A stretch of DNA of 29,984 bases from Thermoleophilia bacterium (GCA_014534295.1 JACVRU010000001.1:1-29984), one strand, 5' to 3'; positions 16,107 through 23,787 are shown, counted from the stretch's first letter. Notes: generated by a model from the sequence alone, not told the origin. A program made the numbers and translations.

Positions 16107-16919
16107 CTAGGACGTCGGTGCGCGCACGAGCCCGAAGCGCGACAGGAACTCCTGAGCCGTGTGCGTGTCCAGCCTGTACGTCCTGTCGGTCGCCCGGCAC
16201 ATCGCGTCGCCCGTCACCGTCAGTGACACCACTAGGTTGCTGGTCATCCCGCCCAGGAAGTGCGGGCCACCCGAGTCGCCGTAGCACGTGCCCCCGTTGC
16301 CCGTCGACGGGTTCATGCTCAGCGTGAGCCAGGTCGGCTGGAGCGACAGGGCTGTCTGCTGGGCGACGAGGCGGTTCGTCTCGTCGATGAATCCGTGCGG
16401 TCCACCCTTCTTCGACGTCCTTACGATCCCGTAGCCGACGGTCGTGAACGTGAGTTGCCTCAGCTCCTTCTGGCCATACGTGCTCAGCAGCCCGAGGCTC
16501 GGCAGCTGCGCCGGCGTCATCGATTGCGGCGTGGCCAAGGTGACCATCGCGATGTCGGCCGCGTCCGAGCCGCCGCCCGGCTGCCCGAACGCCTCGTGGT
16601 TCACGAAGCTCGCGACGGCGACGAGATCTGAAGGCGACTCGGCGTCCTCGTCGTACGACGGGCTGAACGAGACCCAGAACTCGGTCTCCTCCGGCCAGTC
16701 GACCATACAGTGGGCCGCCGTCAGGAAGAGCGTCGGGCTGACGAGTGTGCCGGTGCAGAACTCGTCGGGACCCGGGCTCTCCTCGTTCCAGTCGGCGACG
16801 AGCGCGCCGACATTCGGATGCCGCAATCCGTCTGGCTCGCCGAACGTGATCGCCCCGGCGGACGCCACGCCGAGCACGAGAGCGAGAAGAACGAGCGCAA
16901 TAAAGGCCGTACTCCGCAT
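16107..16919 (-). CDS. Secreted S1 (trypsin-fold) serine protease
   Basis: Signal peptide, CTGTLVSP, TAAHC (His), DIAMV (Asp), GDSGGP (Ser). ATG 16919 follows GGAGGGAGG. Confidence 0.93.
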   Translation of the reverse strand: MRSTAFIALVLLALVLGVASAGAITFGEPDGLRHPNVGALVADWNEESPGPDEFCTGTLVSPTLFLTAAHCMVDWPEETEFWVSFSPSYDEDAESPSDLVAVASFVNHEAFGQPGGGSDAADIAMVTLATPQSMTPAQLPSLGLLSTYGQKELRQLTFTTVGYGIVRTSKKGGPHGFIDETNRLVAQQTALSLQPTWLTLSMNPSTGNGGTCYGDSGGPHFLGGMTSNLVVSLTVTGDAMCRATDRTYRLDTHTAQEFLSRFGLVRAPTS

Positions 16920-17094
16920 ATACCCACCCCTCCCTCCAAGCGTTGGAACCGGAGTATGCAGCCATGCTGCCTCGTTCGCGCGCCGCAAGCAAGGTTCCGG
17001 GCTAGGAGCCGTACGCGATCGGCGTCCGCGCGGGAGGGTCGCGCACGACGCCCGAGGAGGAAGGGCACGCAACGTCCGCGAACCAGCACGGACG

Positions 17095-17541
17095 ATGAAA
17101 CATCGGCCCGTCGTGTCGGTCGCGGGCGTCGCGCTCGCTCTCGGAATCGCCCTCGCTCCCTCGGCATCGGCCGAGAACGCCAACCCCCACGTCCCCACGG
17201 TGGCGCTGAACCGGATGCAAGTCCAGTACGGACGGCCGATGGCGTTGCCGACCTGGCTGCCGGCCGGCTACGTGTACAAGGGGCACGTCGGCTTGCGCGA
17301 CCACTCATTGACGGTCGGCTACGTGAGGGCGGGCCGCCTGATCTGGTTCATGCTCCTGAACGACTTCAGGCGCTGTACGACGAGCCGGTGGGTGCGCGCG
17401 ATGACCGTCCCGGACTCGAAGGCACGGCGAGGCTGTCATCCAGGGGCTGGTTTGTTCTACGTCTGGTCGCATGACGCACCGCTACGGCAGGTCGACCGAG
17501 TCGCGCGGAGCGTTCGCAGGACCTGGACCGAGCAGGGATAA
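17095..17541 (+). CDS. Secreted hypothetical protein
   Basis: Signal peptide MKHRPVVSVAGVALALGIALAPSASA, LPTWLPAGY motif, two Cys. Confidence 0.7.
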   Translation: MKHRPVVSVAGVALALGIALAPSASAENANPHVPTVALNRMQVQYGRPMALPTWLPAGYVYKGHVGLRDHSLTVGYVRAGRLIWFMLLNDFRRCTTSRWVRAMTVPDSKARRGCHPGAGLFYVWSHDAPLRQVDRVARSVRRTWTEQG

Positions 17542-17728
17542 GCGATCGGGCCGCGCCTCGTGATGCGGCCTGGGCCTCGGTACGGGACGATCCACTAATA
17601 GGAGTCTCGCGAGCGTCCCCTTAGTGGCGCAGCCTCAGCCCCACGACGACTTGCGGGGCCGTATCCGCGCCTCAGGACCCATCGTTGTGCGATGGAGACC
17701 ACTTTCAACGAACGAGGGGGTCCCAAAT

Positions 17729-18538
17729 ATGCGATTGCTCCGATTTCTGAGGTACGTCGTGCCGGCGACCGTCATCGCGGCAGCTGCCGCGTCGCTTCTT
17801 GCAGCCGGGGCTGCTGCGGACTCGATCGCAGCGTGCCCGAACCCGACGGCGACCGGCACGGCAGGCAACAACACGATCGTCGGGGGGCCCGGCGCCGATC
17901 GGATCAACGGGCTCGCCGGGGACGACTCGCTCTACGGACTGGACGGGGTCGACTGCCTCGCCGGGGGCGACGGCATGGACGACCTCTACGGCGGATCAGG
18001 CACGGACTCGCTCTACGGGGGAGCGAACGACGATGACCTGAACGGGGGCATCGGCAACGACACGGTCTATGGCGACGCCGGAGTCGACTTCATCAGCGGA
18101 GGCCTCGGCAATGACTCGCTGTACGGAGGCGATGACATCGACGAGATCTACGGCGGCACCGGCGACGACCAGATCTTCGGCGAGGCCGGCCCCGACCTGC
18201 TCAACGGCGGCACCGGCCGCGACCGGATCAACGGCGGCGCGGAGAACGACGTGATCAACGGCGACTCCGACGACGACATTCTCTTCGGTGCCGCGGGCAA
18301 CGACCTGATGTCGGGCGGCCCCGGCCGAGATCGCGTGAACGGCGGCGCCGGCGCAGACACCCTGATCGGCGGCCCCGACGTCGACATCATCGTCGGCGGC
18401 GGCGGCAACGACCTGATCATTGCCGTGGACAATGAGCGCGGCGACCGGGTCGGCTGCGGCGCGGGCCGGGACAAGGCGGTCGTGGACTTCGGCGACTTCG
18501 TCTCGTTCTGCGAGGTCGTTCACCGCGTCCGGCGCTGA
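17729..18538 (+). CDS. Secreted hemolysin-type Ca-binding repeat (beta-roll) protein
   Basis: Sec-type signal, 21 contiguous GGxGxDxLx-type nonapeptides, C-terminal DRVGCGAGRD...CE cap. Confidence 0.92.
   Translation: MRLLRFLRYVVPATVIAAAAASLLAAGAAADSIAACPNPTATGTAGNNTIVGGPGADRINGLAGDDSLYGLDGVDCLAGGDGMDDLYGGSGTDSLYGGANDDDLNGGIGNDTVYGDAGVDFISGGLGNDSLYGGDDIDEIYGGTGDDQIFGEAGPDLLNGGTGRDRINGGAENDVINGDSDDDILFGAAGNDLMSGGPGRDRVNGGAGADTLIGGPDVDIIVGGGGNDLIIAVDNERGDRVGCGAGRDKAVVDFGDFVSFCEVVHRVRR
17855..18421 (+). repeat. 21 x 27-bp degenerate coding tandem repeat
   Basis: Counted from GTAGNNTIV to GGGGNDLII (21 x 27 = 567 bp). Confidence 0.9.
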
Positions 18539-18550
18539 ACGGACTGCTTC

Positions 18551-18581
18551 GGCGGGGGGAGGTACTTTGCCTCTCCCCGCC
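18551..18581. terminator. Hairpin downstream of the Ca-binding repeat gene
   Basis: GGCGGGGGGAGG-TACTTTG-CCTCTCCCCGCC (12-bp stem, one G-T pair), 13 nt after the stop, no U-tract. Confidence 0.55.
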
Positions 18582-18772
18582 CCGCAGCCAGCTGGACACT
18601 CAACCTGCTCGCAGCGCGGAGCGACGCTGCTTCGACCATCTGGAGTTCGAGGCGGTATCGGCGCGCGAGCTCGGTCTGGGGGCATCGGCAAGGCCGGCCG
18701 AGGATCGGCTGCCCGTGACCGAAAAGCGGGCTCCCCCGTTGTGTAGCTGTCAGCAACGGAAAGGGGCGTCAC

Positions 18773-18838
18773 ATGTACATCGGCGTGGGCCTGCTCGGCC
18801 TGATTCTGCTGATCGTGCTGCTCGTGATCCTGCTCTAG
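18773..18838 (+). CDS. 21-aa single-TM small protein MYIGVGLLGLILLIVLLVILL
   Basis: GGAAAGGGG SD before the ATG, clean TAG, entirely hydrophobic. Below the ORF-track cutoff. Confidence 0.7.
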   Translation: MYIGVGLLGLILLIVLLVILL

Positions 18839-18872
18839 GCGAAGCGATCCACAACCGAGGAGGTTGCTCGAG

Positions 18873-19238
18873 ATGGAACACCGCACCATGACCGACGTCT
18901 GGGCGTATCGAAACCCGGGCTGGTTGGACGATGATCTCACGGGCTACGAGATCGAGGCCGCGGACGGCGACATCGGGAAAGTGGACGAGTGCAATCGCGA
19001 GGTCGGAGCCAGCTACCTCGTGGTGGACACAGGACCATGGATCTTCGGCAAGAAGGTCATGCTCCCCGCCGGCGTGATCCAGGACATCGATCACGACAGC
19101 CAAAGAGTCTTCGTCGACCGCACGAAGGACGAGATCAAGAACGCGCCCGAGTTCGACGAGGCCCGCTACCGCGAGCCCCTGTACCGCGACGAACTCGGCG
19201 ACTACTACGCAACCCGCGCAGCAGACCGAGGGTTCTAG
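18873..19238 (+). CDS. PRC-barrel domain protein
   Basis: GAGGAGG SD. DLTGYEIEAADGDIGKVDE...YLVVDTGPWIFGKKVMLPAGVI...VFVDRTKDEIKNAPEFD is the actinobacterial PRC-barrel pattern. Confidence 0.9.
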   Translation: MEHRTMTDVWAYRNPGWLDDDLTGYEIEAADGDIGKVDECNREVGASYLVVDTGPWIFGKKVMLPAGVIQDIDHDSQRVFVDRTKDEIKNAPEFDEARYREPLYRDELGDYYATRAADRGF

Positions 19239-19243
19239 GAGTG

Positions 19244-19501
19244 TCAGGCGGGGCCGCCGCTGCGGCCCCGCCTAATTCCTTCGAGAGGTCTTGACGCCCG
19301 CCAATGACCGAGGCTCTCGGACGGACGGCTCCGGCCCGAGGAGACCTCAGTGGCGCACCGGCTGGGCTCGACCGCACCGGACGCAGCTCCGGACACTGAA
19401 GCCGAGCACGTGGAGGGCCGGGCCGGCGAACCGGTGACCCACGAGGAGGCAAAGCAACAGTCGCACACGTTCACTCTCGGCACCTCGAACCGCTTCACCA
19501 T
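19244..19501 (-). CDS. Possible small Cys-containing protein (doubtful)
   Basis: MVKRFEVPRVNVCDCCFASSWVTGSPARPSTCSA has a CxxC and a CxxS. The C-terminal half looks non-coding and runs into the terminator. Confidence 0.25.
   Translation of the reverse strand: MVKRFEVPRVNVCDCCFASSWVTGSPARPSTCSASVSGAASGAVEPSRCATEVSSGRSRPSESLGHWRASRPLEGIRRGRSGGPA
19247..19272 (+). terminator. Intrinsic terminator
   Basis: GGCGGGGCCGC-CGCT-GCGGCCCCGCC (11-bp stem) followed by TAATTCCTT, 8 nt after the stop. Confidence 0.8.
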
Positions 19502-19605
19502 GTCCCTCGCACGCGGTTGACCGTCGCGGTTGACTGCCGGCTCGGTGCTCGCGTCGCGGAGCCTCCGTGCAGTCAGGAAGTCGTAAGGCTTCCGTCAAGA
19601 ACTGC

Positions 19606-19624
19606 GCGAGTACAGTGTACTCGC
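19606..19624. repeat. Perfect intergenic palindrome
   Basis: GCGAGTAC-AGT-GTACTCGC. Confidence 0.85.
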
Positions 19625-19729
19625 CCCCTCGGTCGAGCAGAAGGGCTGGGAGCCGGGCGACACGCGCGCCAGCGAGGGAGAGGGCTGCAGTCGGCCGCCC
19701 GGCTCACTCCGAACCGGACGTGGGTTACC

Positions 19730-19756
19730 GGCTTCGCGGAGAGAGGCATAGGGTAT
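19730..19756 (+). promoter_or_regulatory. SigB/SigF-type promoter candidate
   Basis: GGCTT-N16-GGGTAT, compared with the known actinobacterial SigF consensus GTTT-N15-17-GGGTA. Confidence 0.4.
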
Positions 19757-19902
19757 TGAGGCGGGCCGGGCGCTCCGGCCGAAGAATCCTCTCCCCATCG
19801 GCCGGCTCCGCGGCCCGGCTCGCCTGGCTCCAGAATGTCGACTGATTCCGCAGCGTGCGACCCCAGAAAGGGGTAGAGACCCCCGGGCCACCCCACGCTC
19901 CT

Positions 19903-19930
19903 GGTTTGAACATGCCCCAGCGATGGAAAT
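19903..19930 (+). promoter_or_regulatory. SigB/SigF-type promoter candidate
   Basis: GGTTT-N17-GGAAAT, 38 nt upstream of ATG 19969. Confidence 0.35.
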
Positions 19931-19968
19931 GAAGCGCTTTTCTCCCACTACGCCTAGGAGGCAAGAAG

Positions 19969-20274
19969 ATGGCGCAAGCTGAGCGCTCCCGAGACCCAGC
20001 CTGGCGGGCCCGGTGGACGGTAGCCCCGGGCGCGGGGTACACGAGCGAGACCAAGCCATTCTTCCTCACCAGCGAGTTCCTGGCCTTCATCCTTCTCGTG
20101 ATGGGCCTGGGCATCGGCACCGCCGTCTCCGACGACGTCGACCCGCGCCTGTTCTGGATCCTCACGACTGCCGCCACCGGGCTGTACATGCTCAGCCGCG
20201 GCATCGCGAAATCCGGCAGCCGCAGCCGAGCATACGACCCACGGGAGGACGTCGAAGTCGGTCGTCGCGACTGA
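19969..20274 (+). CDS. Two-TM small membrane protein (ETKPFFLTSEF...YMLSRGIAK)
   Basis: AGGAGG SD, two hydrophobic helices, charged termini. Confidence 0.85.
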   Translation: MAQAERSRDPAWRARWTVAPGAGYTSETKPFFLTSEFLAFILLVMGLGIGTAVSDDVDPRLFWILTTAATGLYMLSRGIAKSGSRSRAYDPREDVEVGRRD

Positions 20275-20356
20275 TGACGCTCGACAGCCCACCCGCCCGC
20301 CCGCTCCGGCGGGAGAGGACGAGACCGCCGCGGTGAGACGAAAGGAGGTGAGTTGA

Positions 20357-20485
20357 ATGCCCTTGCTCTGGTTCCTGGTGTTGCTGCTGATCATCTTCGC
20401 GATTGTCGGGGGCGTCACAGTCAACAACTGGCTCTTCGTAATCCTGGTCGTCGCATTGATCCTGGCGCTCGTCGGCGCCTTCTGA
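20357..20485 (+). CDS. 42-aa two-helix hydrophobic small protein
   Basis: Perfect SD AAAGGAGGTG before the ATG. MPLLWFLVLLLIIFAIVGGVTVNNWLFVILVVALILALVGAF*. Not in the ORF track. Confidence 0.8.
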   Translation: MPLLWFLVLLLIIFAIVGGVTVNNWLFVILVVALILALVGAF

Positions 20486-20500
20486 CGCAATCTCGACCCG

Positions 20501-20683
20501 CTACGGCTCCGAGTCGAGTCTCGCGAGTGCGGTTTCCCAGTAGTCGATCGCGAGGCCGATCGCCTCCGCGGCCTGGACTTCGCCTGCTTTCAGCAGCGCG
20601 CTCCGCTCGAGGAGCAGCGTGGCGATGATCTCTCGGATCTCGGGCGAAGACGGGGACTCCGGGCGCCTTTGCGGTGCTGCCAC
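20501..20683 (-). CDS. Possible small helical protein (start uncertain)
   Basis: EIREIIATLLLERSALLKAGEVQAAEAIGLAIDYWETALARLDSEP* has coding-like third positions. No good SD at GTG 20683. Confidence 0.4.
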   Translation of the reverse strand: MAAPQRRPESPSSPEIREIIATLLLERSALLKAGEVQAAEAIGLAIDYWETALARLDSEP

Positions 20684-20824
20684 GCTCCCAGCGTTGGTCG
20701 AGCGCCGTCGCCATGCGCTCCCAGTAGGTCTAGTCCCAACCTGTACGGGCGGCTCGCGGCAACATCTGCAGCGGTGCTCGTCCCCCCACGCGCGCGCCAA
20801 CGCGGTCGCGGCCGGGGCGCTCGC

Positions 20825-21249
20825 ATGCGCGGAAGCGTCGTGAGGTTCGCCGCGTGGGCGCGAGACCGGCTCGCCGCCGCTGCGTCCACTGACCGAGCGC
20901 CTGCTCGCCGCCCTGCCCGCGGCGGCCTGGATCGCGCTCTGGGCGCTCGTGCCCCCGGCGAACGCCGCGGCGAAGCTGCGGCCACCTGCAGCAGCTCAAG
21001 GCCGCCGAGCTGGAGCTCGCGCGCGACCTGTACGCGCAGAGGTACGAGCCGGTGCGGACCCCCGAACGCTGGGCGCCCTCCGAGCGGCAGCGCGGCCTCC
21101 TCGGCGCGACCGACTCGCTCCCGAAGCGTGCGCGCGGGCTGCACGACTGGCCGATCGACGAAGGCACCTTCGCGCGCGTACTGATGATCGTCACCAGCGT
21201 CGTCGCGACGGCCATCGGCCGGCTGATCCTCGACCCGCTCGGCCTCTAG
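20825..21249 (+). pseudogene. Internally deleted, frameshifted membrane-protein gene
   Basis: Fragments LTERLLAALPAAAWIALWALVPPANAA / HLQQLKAAELELARDLYAQRYEPVR...HDWPIDEGTFARVLMIVTSVVATAIGRLILDPLGL* lie in different frames. The stop overlaps the convergent gene stop (CTAG). Confidence 0.6.
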
Positions 21250-22424
21250 CGCGGCGCCGACCGAAGCAGGAGCTCCCGGAGGGCGTCCGGGTCGCCGACC
21301 AGACGGGCGACCTCGTCGAGCGACTCGTCGACGGCGCGCGCGAGCGCTTCCGCGCCGCCGAAGCGGTCGAGCGTCTCAGGCGGCACGAACTTGAGCAGCA
21401 GCGCGGCGGTTCCCGGAGGCACCGCGGCGAAGTGGACGGTGAGGACGCCGTGGTCTCGGAGGAGCACCATCGCGAGGGCCGCCGTGGCCTCGATCGGGAC
21501 GAGCGCCGCCTCGCCCAGCCCGGCGCGGCGCAGCGCCTCTGCCAGGATCCGCTCGCCCTCGAGCCGCACCGCGACGGGCGTCCGCGTCACCCAGCCGCCG
21601 AGCCGCGCTTCGAGCGCCTCGCCGACGGCGGCCGTCGCCGCGACCAGCTCGCGCACGCGCTCGGGCCGGTATTGCTCCAGCGAGCGGACGACGGCCGGGT
21701 AGAGCATCGGCCTCGCCTCGAGGCCGAGCTCGATCGCCCGGGCCCTGATCTCGGCCACAAGCTCGGCGCGGCCCGCGAGCAGGCCGAGCCGCGGCCCGGT
21801 CGTCCCGTACTTGTCAAGGGCCGTCACCGCGGCCTCGACGGCGAGTTCGAGCGCCCGCGGCTGGCCGAAGACGACCGGCCCGACCCGGGCGCCGCCCGCG
21901 TCGTCGAGGAAGACCGGCGCGCCGAAGTCGCGCGTAAGCTCGTCCTCGGGCAACAGCTCGTAGGTGACCGCGAGCCGCGTCAGCAGCACGAGGTCGGCTC
22001 CGGCGGGATCGCCGCCGTCCTCGAGCTCGCCGCCAGCGCGCCGCACGGCTCGTACTCCGGCCGGGTGCGTGTAGCTCGGCGAGACGCCGACGACGCGCGA
22101 CCCCGGCGAGACGAGGACCTGCATGGCGGCGACGAGCGCGGCCGTCGTCCGGTTCGCGACGAAGACGTCGTCGCGCCCCGCGGAGCCGCCGAGGTGGTCG
22201 AGCGCCAGCTCGGTCAGCCGCTCGCCGTACAGCGCGGGCGACAGCTCGTCGTCGAGGACGTCCTCTGCGCCCACCCGGAGCGAGCGGACGAGCCCGGTGA
22301 AGTCGAAAACGCCGCCGTCCCGCGAGCGCCGACCGAGGATCCCCCAGGCCGCCCGCAGCTTCGCGAAGTCGGCGCCGGTGCCGGTCAGCACGGCGCCGCG
22401 CTCGTAGGGCAGCCACTCAGACAA
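21246..22424 (-). CDS. Fold-type I PLP-dependent enzyme, SelA-like, resembling the MJ0158/UPF0425 family
   Basis: NRTTAAL, YTHPAG, FLDDAGGAR (PLP Asp), ALDKYGTTGPRLGLLAGR (Schiff-base Lys at 21812-21810), LGLEARP. The TTG start overlaps the permease stop. Confidence 0.75.
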   Translation of the reverse strand: MSEWLPYERGAVLTGTGADFAKLRAAWGILGRRSRDGGVFDFTGLVRSLRVGAEDVLDDELSPALYGERLTELALDHLGGSAGRDDVFVANRTTAALVAAMQVLVSPGSRVVGVSPSYTHPAGVRAVRRAGGELEDGGDPAGADLVLLTRLAVTYELLPEDELTRDFGAPVFLDDAGGARVGPVVFGQPRALELAVEAAVTALDKYGTTGPRLGLLAGRAELVAEIRARAIELGLEARPMLYPAVVRSLEQYRPERVRELVAATAAVGEALEARLGGWVTRTPVAVRLEGERILAEALRRAGLGEAALVPIEATAALAMVLLRDHGVLTVHFAAVPPGTAALLLKFVPPETLDRFGGAEALARAVDESLDEVARLVGDPDALRELLLRSAPR

Positions 22425-23094
22425 GGCGTCTCTCGAGGTACGCGGCCAGCCGGGTGAGCGGGAAGCAGATCAGGAAGAACACGAGCATGACGCCCGCGTA
22501 GATGGGGAACTCGCCGCGGTCGCCGAAGCCGGCGGGCTCGGGAGCGTTGACGACCTCGACCATCCGCTCGGCCGCCTCGAGCAGCTCGGCGCCGCCGATG
22601 ATGCCGATGAGCGTCGTATTGAGCACGATCCCGATCAGCAGGCTCACGAGCGGCGGCAGCAGGCGGCGGGCGGCCTGCGGGAGGATCACCGAGACGTGCC
22701 GGCCGACCCAGCCGAAGCCGAGCGCCGAGGCTGCCTCGTGCTGCGCGCGGGAGATCGACTGCACGGCGCCGCGGGTCGCCTCGGCGATCTGCGCGCTGCC
22801 CCAGAGGGTCAGCGTGACCGTCCCTGCCGTGAAGGGGTCCATCTCGAAGCGGAGCGAGATCGCCGGGGCGCCGAAGTAGACGATGAAGAGCGTGACGATG
22901 ATCGGCAGCCCGCGCCAGACCTCGATGTAGAGCCGGATCAGCGCACGCGACGGCGCGAAGCGGATCGTCAGCAGCGTGCCCAGCGTCACGCCGATCGCGG
23001 TGCTCAGGGCGAGCGACACCGCTGCGATCCGCAGCGTTCCGACAAGGCCTTGCTCCAGCAGGTAACGCGCAACCGGCTCCGCCCACTCGGGCAT
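22417..23094 (-). CDS. Polar amino-acid ABC permease (HisQ/GlnP family)
   Basis: YIEVWRGLP, AEATRGAVQSI, EAA loop EAASALG, ILPQA. Confidence 0.93.
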   Translation of the reverse strand: MPEWAEPVARYLLEQGLVGTLRIAAVSLALSTAIGVTLGTLLTIRFAPSRALIRLYIEVWRGLPIIVTLFIVYFGAPAISLRFEMDPFTAGTVTLTLWGSAQIAEATRGAVQSISRAQHEAASALGFGWVGRHVSVILPQAARRLLPPLVSLLIGIVLNTTLIGIIGGAELLEAAERMVEVVNAPEPAGFGDRGEFPIYAGVMLVFFLICFPLTRLAAYLERRLV

Positions 23095-23096
23095 CG

Positions 23097-23777
23097 CTAT
23101 GCCGCCTCCGGCAGCGCGAGGCGGGACTCGAGCAGGCGGATCAGGGCGGAGAGCGTCCAGACGAGCGTCAGGTAGACGAGTCCGAGCACCGTCCAGGCCT
23201 CGAGCGTCTCAAGTGTCAGCGCCTGGATCTGGAAGGCCGTCGTCGTCAGCTCTTCGTAGGCGATCACGTAGAGCAACGCCGTGTTCTTGAAGACGGCGAT
23301 GTAGGTGTTGATCGACGACGGCAGCGCGATGCGGCCGCCGATCGGCAGGGTCACGCTCAGGAAGGTTCGGAACCGGGTGAACCCGAGCGCCAGCCCAGCC
23401 TCCCGGAACCCGTACGGGACGGCCTCGAAGCCGGCTCGGAAGTTCTCGGTGTTGAACGCCCCGCCCCAGACCATCACAGAGAGCCACGCGATCGTGAACA
23501 CGTCCAACCGCGTCGACTCGAACTGCCCGAGCCCGAAGTAGAGGAAGAAGATCTGGACGAGGATCGGGGTGTTGCGGATCAGCTCGACGTAAGCCGCGGC
23601 CACCTGGCCCAGGATCGGGATCCGGTGGGCGCGGGCGGCGCCGAAGACAATCCCGATCACGAGCGCGCCGAAGATGGCGATCGCCGAGACCTTCACGGTG
23701 CGGCCGAGCCCGCGCAGAAGGGGCTCCCAGTTCTCGCTGACGAACCCGAAAAGGTCGTAGGTGGCGGCGACGATCAC
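23097..23777 (-). CDS. Polar amino-acid ABC permease (HisM/GlnP family)
   Basis: YVELIRNTPILVQ, TENFRAG, EAGLALG, KNTALL. Confidence 0.93.
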   Translation of the reverse strand: MIVAATYDLFGFVSENWEPLLRGLGRTVKVSAIAIFGALVIGIVFGAARAHRIPILGQVAAAYVELIRNTPILVQIFFLYFGLGQFESTRLDVFTIAWLSVMVWGGAFNTENFRAGFEAVPYGFREAGLALGFTRFRTFLSVTLPIGGRIALPSSINTYIAVFKNTALLYVIAYEELTTTAFQIQALTLETLEAWTVLGLVYLTLVWTLSALIRLLESRLALPEAA

Positions 23778-23787
23778 CGGTCAGGGG

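Noticed and set aside
16945-16998. GGAACC on both strands as divergent ECF promoters
   Set aside because: No matching -10 element at 16-17 nt on either strand.
17584-17627. Interleaved inverted repeats (GGGACG/CGTCCC and CCACTAA/TTAGTGG) upstream of the Ca-binding repeat gene as a riboswitch
   Set aside because: Arms are short and I recognise no known aptamer consensus. It may be an operator, but the evidence is too thin.
17855-18421. CRISPR-like periodicity
   Set aside because: The 27-bp period is a degenerate coding repeat with no invariant repeat-spacer structure. No cas genes.
18520-18756. 78-aa minus-strand ORF with a helical-looking middle (QTELARRYRLELQMVEAASLRAASRL)
   Set aside because: No SD or recognisable motif, and it overlaps a hairpin and the neighbouring gene end. 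Cannot be supported without homology.
13470-21249. Active integrative element or prophage at the tRNA
   Set aside because: No integrase, transposase or phage genes, and no att-like repeat of the tRNA 3' end found by eye.
21246-22424. Calling the PLP enzyme selA
   Set aside because: It lacks the SelA N-terminal tRNA-binding extension and any sel gene context. The motifs fit the MJ0158-like branch better.
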